Source: Euprymna scolopes
Taxonomy: Eukaryota
DNA: 64,000 bases
Assembly: GCA_053919585.1 (NCBI GenBank)
Contig: CM132795.1
Strand: one strand, 5' to 3'
This document shows positions 53,898 to 64,000 of this stretch, one piece after another. The notes below the pieces were generated by a model that was given only the letters and a program-made list of their open reading frames with translations, did no database searches and had not been told where the DNA came from. Made by a program: the position numbers and the translations under genes. How positions within the stretch are numbered: position 1 is the first letter of the stretch; each line of letters begins with the position of its first letter.

Positions 53898-53927
<30 letters not shown>
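53898..53927. repeat. (TC)n microsatellite
   Basis: Read directly. Confidence 0.9.
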
Positions 53928-53933
<6 letters not shown>

Positions 53934-54646
53934 AACTCGACGTGTGTTACTTTACTTTTCATCGTTCCCACTAATTGTCCATATTATTTCTATCATATAA
54001 ATATATATATACACATATATACATATATAATATCATTTTTACACAATATATAAATAGCTTCATGGATTACACACATACATATATGTGTTTGTAAAAATTA
54101 TGGAAATAATATTATTAACAATAAATTTAAAAGCAAAAACTAAATAAATAATATATAAATCAATGTTTGGTCTTTATTATAAGATGATTCATTTGAATAA
54201 ATAAAATCAAATACCATATTGGAAACGTGCCAAATATATTCAAATATTGCACTGTAATTCAATCATCCTAAGGAAGTCTTGAAGTAACGGTGGAAAGTTG
54301 ATGAATATATAAATAGATTTAGTTTTTATATTCACTTTTACACACACATGTATATATATAGTGTATTTAGTAAGTATACCTTCATTTAGGCAAAACATTG
54401 CTAAAAACGTATAACGTNNNNNNNNNNNNNNNNNNNNNNNNNNNNNNNNNNNNNNNNNNNNNNNNNNNNNNNNNNNNNNNNNNNNNNNNNNNNNNNNNNN
54501 NNNNNNNNNNNNNNNNNNNNNNNNNNNNNNNNNNNNNNNNNNNNNNNNNTGTCATCCATTGAAGTCGGTTTGTATCATTTGAATCGCAGCTAATTTGTTG
54601 CAAAATCAATACAAAATAAAATGTTACAAATTTAACTTTCTGCTCG

Positions 54647-54701
<55 letters not shown>

Positions 54702-57700
54702 TGTATATATGTATATCGTATGTATGTACGTATGTATGTTTAATTCTTTTAATATAAGTCAACCAGCAAACCGAGGAATATTTTCACATGAATTTTGTAT
54801 ATTTAAAATATATCGAAAAATGTCTTAGAAAAATAAATAAACGTTGATTAATTAAGTGTTTTCGAATAAATAAGATGTATAAATTGATATGTCCCAATGA
54901 AAAAGGACACACATTTGTGCCGTTTTGTTACGTTCCCTTCTGAATTTATTTTGATCAGTAGCGTTTACGTATATAGAGCCAAACTTGTCGAAAATATTTT
55001 AATTGCTTAATTCAATTGAACTTTTTAAGGTATGAAATTCAATATAGCACCTCTATTTTACAAACTTCACTTACAAAAAATAGCGACATTAGGAATTAGA
55101 ACTACGTGCATTTAGATTTCATAAACAAGGAGAGGAAAGCGTAAAAGGCCTGCATCTTTTTGAAGCGTACGTTATCTGTGCCGAGTGATTTACTTTAAAA
55201 TATAACAATAGATTAAAAATTTACTTCTCGTCTGTAGTTTTAAGTAGTCATTTTAGTAGACCATTGAATGTTTTGAATGACAATAAATTTGTTAAAACCA
55301 CGTGTGATCCAATACCCTTTCTCAACATTCGACAATTTGGTCGAAGTTTGGGGACTGGGCCAGTTTTTAATTCTCTCTACGTGTTCACGTTGTAATTCTC
55401 TAAACGCCACTAAACTCGATTATTGCACAGTTTACATATCGCTATAATAAGCGAGATATTTGAGTAAAATATCGTTTATTTACAACTAACGACATCTGTT
55501 CAGACATCTGTTCAAACGACTTTCTTACACAATACACATTCATTTGTTCACTTGACTGTTGTCAGTTGTATTTTGTTTTGATCTGAACCATGATTATTGA
55601 CCACAGTAAATTATCGATTATAATATTATCGATGTATTGACAGACCAACAGAGAACATTTGTCATGTGAAAGATCAAACAATGAAAAATTAAATGATATA
55701 TTTAATTCATCAAAAGAAAAAAAAACGGTTTTTAAAGAATAACAACTAAAATTTATCAATTTTTATTTTGGACAGTAGAACGTGTGCATCTTGACGAGTA
55801 TGGTATAAAGATGTCCAGTACTTGTGCATAGGAACAAATATGCATAATCTATTACATTCGAACTAGTTATATCACTAATGGGTTGAGTATTTCAGATCTT
55901 ATGTATGAATGAGTTTATCAATTAATGACCGTTCGCGAGCAAAAATTCAAAACACGGAAAATATCTTCACTGCGAATAATAAAAAGCAACATTATGGCAA
56001 CAATACAAGATTATAATTTTCTTCCAGAGTAAAGCCGGAAATTAGGAAAAAATCGGTGAGTTGATATACAAAAATGAGTTGCATCATTAGCCTTTTCAGA
56101 ATAATATATGTGTATTCGCTTGTAGAACAAATGGATTTACTTTCTTTTCGATTGTATGTAGAGAATTTGAAAACAGCTCACCGGAACTAAACTGGGAGTT
56201 GCTAAGTACATCACCTCTGTCACTATATAATGATAAAGTATTATAAATTGTTTGTAGACGACATAATGTGAGTGCAATTAAACACAAATAGACCATCAGT
56301 TAATTATTGAGTCAGAATTTGTTGTATTAAATATCATTCTCTTCCCTGTCTTTTCTTTCTCTTTTTGCCTTCTCTTTTCCTCACTTCTGAATGATTATTA
56401 TTACGATATATAGGTATNNNNNNNNNNNNNNNNNNNNNNNNNNNNNNNNNNNNNNNNNNNNNNNNNNNNNNNNNNNNNNNNNNNNNNNNNNNNNNNNNNN
56501 NNNNNNNNNNNNNNNNNNNNNNNNNNNNNNNNNNNNNNNNNNNNNCGGACGGGTTGTAGCTTAATAGCGTTATAAATTTCTCTTTGTAAAGTCATCAAGT
56601 GTGCACGATTATAAGATGCAAGCAAGACTTCTTTAATACTGAATTAAATATTTGACGATCCTATGCAGCTCATCTAGAAACGATCCGTGTTACTTCATTC
56701 AAACAATATCCGCTGTTTGTACTGACATAAATTACTTTAAATTATTTTTTGTGATGTCATCGTTCACGATATCACCCCTTTTTGACATCATCGAATTTGC
56801 AGGCGACAAACAAAATAATTAACAGGAGGAAAAAACTAAATTCGCAGAGTAATATATCGATATCGATTCAGTCGTACTCCGCCATGTTAAAAAGCCAAAA
56901 TCGCCATTTACTTTCCAGCTCACGTGACACAATGTCGGTTTTTAATGTGGGGCATTCTTGTTTAGGATAAAAAATGCATTGTCTTGTAAATTAATTCCGA
57001 ACATACTTAAGGTAATGACTATATCCTCTTCATTGATCTGCTCGCATATGTCAGTTGTGTCTATTATGCTGTTAGAATTGCCATCTTTGAACTTTGTTAC
57101 ACACTGAATAAAATAAGGACATCTTTAAACGTGGATCTCACTAAGGCATATAAAACATTATTAATCGGTTTTAGCTCTTTACTTGTACATAATAAATAAA
57201 ACTGGGAAACGGTTAGCTGCTCTGCTGATCATCATTTTATTGTTTAAGGCTGATCATTCATATTTTGCGCGGTAATTGCGATCTCAACGGTTTTGTAGTG
57301 TTGAGATATTTCACTTGAAAGTTTGGCAACTCATAACTTGTTTATAAACCACCAAATACCTTTCTTTAAAATGGATCGTTTTTAATTTTATTCAGTGTCC
57401 CACTGGAGCATTGAGATTAAAAAATATATAGCTCGTGCAGATATGGATTCCAGCACAGGTCTCTGTCCTTTTAATGCTTTTGAACTCCATATTTCCTGAT
57501 GACACGTGCATTACAAAAACATATTTTCCCATTAGAAGTTCAGTAATTTTCCCATGATTTAACCAAGATGCATACATAAAACTTCAGTGTTCATATATAT
57601 CATTATAGATAGAACTGTTTTAATGAGAGGAAATTAATACTCAATTTTCTTTCTGTAAAACCATTTCATATTATTTGAATTATCCAGCTAGTGGCATTTT

Positions 57701-58948
57701 TCACAAGGTTTCAGTTGATGTTACCTACAACATTTTATAGGTATATCTTATCGAACTCGAAAACCTTTCTGTCGAACTCGGGAATCTGCACGAGATTTCG
57801 AACGGAACGCTTTATTTAATCCACTGAAGTAGTATACTCCGTCCTGTTAGCCATGAGCGAGTAGCAGTCCGAAGTAATTCGCAGTTGTATTTTAGGTGTC
57901 ACCAGCCCTGAGGATTGAAGCGTCAGCCTCCAGACTTACAGCTGAATTTTACGTACATTATTCACTGCACTATTGGTCTTTGCTGATTCGGATTATTAAA
58001 CCACATTTGTGTTACTTTTGTTGTTTTTTTCAATGCGTGAACATAAGTGCTCTTTTACACATTAAGCAAAATAATTGCATTTCAACAATCAATTCAATGA
58101 ATTTCAATTTCATTTTATCTTCTGTTATTGATATTTTCATTTAAAATAAAAATATTCAAATCATTTTCCACCCAAACTTTGTTTAAAATAATTATGCTCC
58201 TTAAAGCTCATTTCTGCAATTCGATTCGAAAACGAAATAAGGAATTTAGATTTTGATAGTTTTACACAGATACTTTGAACACACATCATCCCAGCTGAAC
58301 CATTCGGGTTATTTTTTTTTTCAAAAGATTTTAATGCATTACCAAACCAAACCAAAATTTTATAATATGCGCTTGTCATTTTAATAGAAATAATTTTTAT
58401 AAACTTCACGTTAAATTGCCACTTATGTTAATAACGCGATCGAACAATATGCCGTAAAAAGAAAATGAAAAATCATTATAATTACGTGATCAAATTTATA
58501 AGATGATGGAACACAAAATATCTGATATGCTTTCATGACCAATGAAATGACGATATCATTGCATGAACAGATGTGTGTAGAACTTATTCTACATGAATGC
58601 CAATGTGCTTATGAAGTAAATATTAGCAATAGACTAATCAGTCATTACCTTTTCGTTTAATCAAGATTAAAACACATGTTCGATTATAAACAATTCAAAT
58701 AACTCTGTCAAGATTTCAAACAAACACCTGTCAAAGAATAGCCAATAGTCATGCATAGAACGGCAAATGTGATTTTTTAATCATATTTGCTGTTCTATGT
58801 TTTTTATAATAGTTTTACAAAAGAATCAGATATTATGAACATAGCTTTATGCATATGTTTTGATAACTTAGCTTACTAAACTACATTTATAAAGAATAAC
58901 ATAAAATAATTGTAATTATTAAAGTCATTAAATGATTTAAATTAATTG

Positions 58949-59200
58949 CCGGTCCATGTGACATAAAGGTTAGTATCTTTGTCATAATGCTGGAGGCCCA
59001 AGATTTAATGTATGATAGAGTCATAGAAAATACTAAAAATGTACTTGACTCCTTCTTGATGAATACTCAGCAGAATAAGGTAGATGTCTAGGGTAAGTGG
59101 CCCAATCTAGGCAATGAGTTTGTGTTGCATTAATCGACAACTGTTAGTAATAGACAATGATACGGGTGCCTTCGAGTTGAACTCGATGACAATCGATTTA
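58949..59200 (+). mobile_element. Decayed tRNA-derived SINE, full-length copy of a family I recall as abundant in octopus genomes
   Basis: Degenerate pol III-like head, then GAGTCATAGAAAATACTAAAAATGTACTTGACTCCTTCTTGATGAATACTCAGCAGAATAAGGTAGATGTCTAGGGTAAGTGG and the tail CCTTCGAGTTGAACTCGATGAC. Recognised from memory only. Confidence 0.55.
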
Positions 59201-59729
59201 TTTGTTTTTATTATAACTCGTTGATCAGTGTACATAAATCTTGATCATGTTTCGTATTTGCATGTAGTATACGACGTCTACCTAAATGTCTTCTTCGTGA
59301 TTAGTATATCTAAAAGCGGATCAAATTCGTTCGGTTATACAGCATAGAATCTGTTTTAGGTTACGCAATGCCGAAACGCAATGCATACAAGAATAATTAA
59401 TTTAATACCAGTTTCTATATAACCCAGAACTTTGCATGGTTGGTTCATACTTTTTCTCTAGAGCATGGCACGTTATGTGGATATTATACATCCGACTTGA
59501 GTTTAACTCGGTTTAATCGATTTCAGTGTCATGATCGGTATCGATTTTACGTGTACCTCTTAAAAAAACATGTCCAACGAGGTCCATATTGAAATATTTG
59601 AATGTAAAAGTGAAATATGCTAATCGACCTTTGAACTTTTATATAGAAATACTATTAAAGTGATATTCACGTCTCTCTGGACGTTTCTACATTTTATCTT
59701 AAAAACATGATGTGACAGATAATACTTAC

Positions 59730-59916
59730 CATTCTCAGTTTTTCGAGTTCGTCATTCATCTTGGCTAGGATGTTAGATTGTCTCATTTTTTCCTTCTCGA
59801 GCGATTCAATGGATCTGCGGAGCATACTGATCTCGCCTTCCAAGTCAGCAAGCTGCTGATTCTGCCTAGCGATTTGTTCTTGGTCGATTTGGTGGTATTG
59901 ACGGCTTTCTTCGAGG
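59730..59916 (-). CDS. NF60/NF70/NF220: Neurofilament/intermediate filament gene, rod exon (coil 1b including the lamin-like 42-residue extension); first exon visible in the window
   Basis: Acceptor ttttacAG| at 59917-59918 and donor |GTAAGT at 59729. 187 nt = 1 nt + 62 codons (LEESRQYHQIDQEQIARQNQQLADLEGEISMLRRSIESLEKEKMRQSNILAKMNDELEKLRM), with coiled-coil heptads. Recognised from memory as near-identical to the squid neurofilament rod. Confidence 0.95.
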
Positions 59917-60224
59917 CTGTAAAATGGAAAATAAACAGAGAAAAACAATAGAGATGTTTTGTAATGTATTTTCAATCTGAAAATATGAATACAATTGTTA
60001 TCTAGTTGAATAAGTGTAGAGTGAATATGAAAGAGTAAACTTTACAGCAAAGGAAAAGCATATGATGTGATGAATATTTGTTTCATAAGTTCTGAAGTAG
60101 TTACATAAATGTAGCAGTAGTAGTATTAGCAGTATCAGTAGATTATATAATTTCAAAATAAATAAGTTATTTTCATGATTTGGCGTTAAAAATAAATTGA
60201 ATACTGAGTTCAAGATTCATCTGT

Positions 60225-60411
60225 TCAATCGGCATAACAGTTGGAATGTTTGCTAAAAGAATAGAAGACCAGGGTCCAATCCTGGTGATGATTAAGACTA
60301 AGTGAATTAATCTTAAGAAAAAAAGTATGCCACTTTCCTACACTTCGGTATTATTGCTAAATAATATGGAGCATTTAGGTCGCCCTCGACGATGGTTTAC
60401 CACTTTACTTA
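60225..60411 (+). mobile_element. Second, internally deleted copy of the same SINE family
   Basis: B-box-like GACCAGGGTCCAATCCTGG and the tail CCTACACTTCGGTATTATTGCTA...GGTCGCCCTCGACGATGG...CTTTACTT. Confidence 0.5.
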
Positions 60412-63400
60412 ATGTGACAGACAAAAGAATTCTTCTAAGTGAATGTTAGAATCGACATGAAATAAACTAGGAAATCTAAAATATCAGAAAATATTATTAT
60501 CACAGAAAAAAAATCATAATCATATGCAAGCTAATGTTAAAAAAAGCTAATGTTAGCAGGCTTTCTGGTGTTGCCCAGTAGTAAATTACGCTAAAATATA
60601 ATATTTTAATTCATACAAATTTCAAATTTATTATTATAGAGCTAATTTTCTATTGATTATTGTATTGTACACAATATATAATAGTGGTTTCAAAAGAAAA
60701 ACATATGCGTTGACTGCCATCAGCTAAAATAGACACTAAAAATTCAGTCGTTGCTGTTCGAGCTATCGTTAGTTGAATAAGAAATAGTTAACAATTAAAT
60801 GACTTCAACGTATAAATGTATATTTACACAGTGTGAAGAAGACCGTAGGATCAGTTGAAAATATGTGCTTTTGAAAAATTAATTTTTGTTTTTTAAAAGA
60901 CTTTTGTATTCCTACATGCAAGCCCACAGAAAAAATACAGAAAAGATATAACCACCTATATATTTTTCGCGCTGCTCTGTGACTTTGCGTCTCAGTGGAA
61001 ATGCAGNNNNNNNNNNNNNNNNNNNNNNNNNNNNNNNNNNNNNNNNNNNNNNNNNNNNNNNNNNNNNNNNNNNNNNNNNNNNNNNNNNNNNNNNNNNNNN
61101 NNNNNNNNNNNNNNNNNNNNNNNNNNNNNNNNNNNNNNNNNNNNNNNNNNNTTACGAACTAATATTTAGATATAGGAATCATAAGACCATATAAAATTAG
61201 AAGTAAAACTGTCTGAAATGTAAAAAAATAAAATATTTCAATTATAAAATATGTGAAAATCATTAGATTTAACTGATTTGTAAGAGACAATAATAAACTG
61301 AAACCTTCAACATGATTGGTGGGATTTCTAAATATAGAACCCATATTTTACACATATGATTTTACTCAGTAGATGTGATTTGTTTTTCAATTCGCGACGG
61401 TACCCATTACAATGACCATCTACCCATCATAATCATAGACTGATGTAATTTCAGTTCGGTTATGTAATGAATATCGTTAATCATAATTACAGACAGTAAA
61501 TTTAACTTGCGCATTAGGATATGAAATGTTTACAAAAATCATCACGACTTCAGCGTTGTCTTCCTTTTTTTTCAGAATCACATGTGAAGAAAACATCACA
61601 ATGTATCCCAATGTTCTCCCATTTCGGTTTCAGTGATAATCGTTGAAGTCAGCTGATTTAAACTGAACCCGTCTTTTATGTAGACTTAACTCGATGTTGT
61701 CTCTTCTTCTCTCTTTCTAACTGTCTGTCTATCGTTTTTCCTCCGTTTATATATTTATTTGATTAAATGCACAATGATAAAAGTCAGCCAGATGTTCCAC
61801 ACGTTCGATAGTATTCGTTTGTCAGCTGACGGCGTCTGGTCGATAATATTGATTAACGGATGTTGGCTCCCGTTCACGGCAACAGCGAATAAAACGTCCG
61901 ACGTCTGTCAGACTTCTTCACTTTCATGCTGCTCTTTCTTTTTCCCCTCTCTCTTCTTCCCTTTCCATTTCTCTGTCGTTCTATCCCTATCTCCCTGACT
62001 CTCGCTCTCAGAAGTAACTCTCACTTCTCATGAGTATTTCCAATTCTGCATTTCCTTTCCTCTTTGAAACTGCGATCTCACGTTTTCTTCTCCAGTTTTT
62101 ATTTAACAATTCTTTCTCCACACTTTCCCCCCTTCATTTCCTTTGCATATTTGCCGACTAGTTTCTTCGAACGTTTTTTCCAAACGCATTTCGCTGTGCA
62201 AACACAATGTTCTTAATTTCACTTACACACTTCTTCGCCAATTCAGGCACAGTTCCTTTCCTTCTTCCCCTATGCCTACACATATTGCATACCTGCACTT
62301 ACCTATACTCAATGTACTTCTCTTCTACTGCAATCCTATTTACCCTCGTTTCAAGCTTCTATACAATTTTGAAAATTATTTTGATCCTGCTTTCTTTTCC
62401 CATTTTATTTTTATTAACCTATTAAAGTTTCGGATTTCCTCGTTTTTCTTTAATGCTTTTACTCATTCAATCCCCACCACCACCGCACCATCAACATCGC
62501 ATCCACCTCCCCAGGAAAAAAGAAGCACACACAACATACAGCATAAGACTATCTACAAAAAACCTTTGTTCCGTCTATCAATACGACGCACGTTTCTTCT
62601 CTACACAAGCAGACTTTAGCAACTCTGAAAAGAATTGAATATTGATTACTGCGATGGCTGCTTCAATAAAACAGGCAGATGTGTTACTGTTTAAACTTAT
62701 TTGCTACTTTCACACCTGATTATAATTGGCTGGAATCTTACGTAGATGCTTATGCATTATTAGAATCCCGAATGAACTATTTAGGTTCATGTATTAATGG
62801 GTCACATATTATGTAAAATTGTTATACACAAAAATCATTTATATTCATCCCGAAACCATTAGTATAGCGCTATTAGTTCATTTTATTATATTAAAACTTC
62901 AGAAGTGAATTAAAGATGTACAAAAATTACTAGTCATTAAATTAAGTCATTCCTATTTCTGCATGCCCTTATCGATTGATTCACACGAGAGAGGTCGTTT
63001 CTCAATATGGCGAGAATTCAGTTGTCCAAAAAGGTATGGAATTATTACAATAGAGCAAACCAAAACACTTCAAAGCAAAAATCATGCTGACATTGTGAAA
63101 ATTACATAAAAATCACATGATAAAGTTTTTATATGAAGAACGATTGAATTGATTAAGATAAAGAATAAATTACATATCTTTAATGATTTAAAGTTATATA
63201 AGAGAAAGACATGTGTCCGTCTTCTTCTCTTGTGTGTATAAAACGTGAGAAACAATGAAACATCAAAACATTTCTGACTGCAGCGTATCGGTCGAAGAAT
63301 ATTGCGGGGTTGACAGTATTTAGGAAGTGCGTCGCATAATAACGTCTGTACTGGTACACCCACTTCGCTTGTCGTCAGTTATCCAAACCTGTGTAGTACA

Positions 63401-63566
63401 CTGATGTCGACGGTTGAAGTGAAGCCGTCGAGAACATAATGATGGTCATTTGATGTTCACCTGTTTTTAGCTGACGACACGAGCGATTTGGCTAAGGACA
63501 AATTGCATGTAATTTACAAAACGCCTAATCTCGATATGAAAAGAAAAATGAATGATAATAAGAAGA

Positions 63567-63975
63567 AGAACCAACCACATCAAAGCAAGGGTCGACAAGA
63601 CACGCGAAAACAGCAAATACACTCTGTGGACAAAGATACGAAACAATAAACCACATAATAAGCAAATTTAGCAAACTATCTCAAAAAAGAATATAAAAAT
63701 AGATACGATCAAGTGGGGAAGCAGTACACTGGGAATAATGCAAAAAACTGCATATTGAGCACCCAGACAAATAGTACAAGCACAAAACGGCAACGGTAAT
63801 CGAAAATTCACAAAAATCCTATTAGAAATGGATATGCAAAGTAATAAACCCTCTGAAGAAGAAGACTAGATATCGTAATTGTCGAAAAAAAAAGTTCAAC
63901 CAGATTCTAGATTTTGCCGTGCCAGCACACCACAGAGTTGAGATCAAGGAGACAGAAAAAGAATGGGAAAGATTT
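63567..63975 (+). mobile_element. Decayed R4/Dong-like LINE 3' part: CCHC zinc knuckle and REL endonuclease region
   Basis: Translates with frameshifts as RTNHIKARVDKTRENSK..LCGQRYETINHIISKFSKLSQKEYKNRYDQVGK.VHWE.CKK and RRRLDIVIVEKK...QILDFAVPAHHRVEIKETEK, matching the CxxC..ETxxHIxxxC...RHD and RPD...D motifs of REL-type LINEs. Confidence 0.8.
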
Positions 63976-64000
63976 GAAATCAGAGGGACGACTGAGAAGA

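Noticed and set aside
57900-57975. tRNA-like A/B box sequence on the minus strand
   Set aside because: No cloverleaf can be formed; probably a decayed SINE head rather than a tRNA gene.
9582-61194. ORFs containing X runs or YIYI/poly-M/poly-L runs
   Set aside because: Artefacts of N gaps and microsatellites.
62143-62619. 158-aa plus-strand ORF, and a search for the neurofilament head/coil-1a exon in 60000-64000
   Set aside because: The ORF has low-complexity, pyrimidine-rich composition and no recognisable domain. No LNERFANYIEKVRFLE-like motif was found on the minus strand, so the first exon lies beyond the window.
63411-63436. CTGATGTCGACGGT...GCCGTCGAGAAC, a degenerate hammerhead-like hairpin
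   Set aside because: Both catalytic boxes are mutated; at most a dead remnant and not supportable by eye.
63850-63890. CTGAAGA...GAC/GTC...GAAA hammerhead-like motif
   Set aside because: Lies within the coding remnant of the R4/Dong-like LINE endonuclease (RRRLDIVIVEK) and lacks stems I and III.

Overview
AT-rich, intron-dominated eukaryotic DNA, almost certainly from a coleoid cephalopod and probably an octopod (inferred from the protein sequence and repeat types). The window holds most of one minus-strand gene, the cephalopod neurofilament (lamin-like intermediate filament) gene whose squid orthologue yields NF60, NF70 and NF220 by alternative splicing. I traced five GT-AG rod exons by hand (59730-59916, 42578-42673, 41811-41972, 40460-40585, 39162-39382), ending in the IF signature LEIAAYRKLLEGEESR. 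Two alternative phase-2 tail exons follow. One is a ~10.1-kb exon (26433 to 16361 or 16317) encoding a ~3,350-aa KSP/QSP-repeat tail. The other is a 110-nt exon (12703-12812). Both have phase-1 donors compatible with a short terminal exon (11130-11230), and including both gives an immediate stop. This looks like a mutually exclusive, ~90-fold tail-length switch. The head/coil-1a exon lies beyond 64000, and I found no NF70 lamin-tail-domain exons in the window. Introns hold decayed LINEs (RTE, R4/Dong-like), SINEs, a MADE1-like mariner MITE, fold-back elements (one with a hammerhead-like core), microsatellites and 11 short N gaps. Most short ORFs in the supplied track are spurious. Comparisons with squid and vertebrate sequences are from memory and were not searched.
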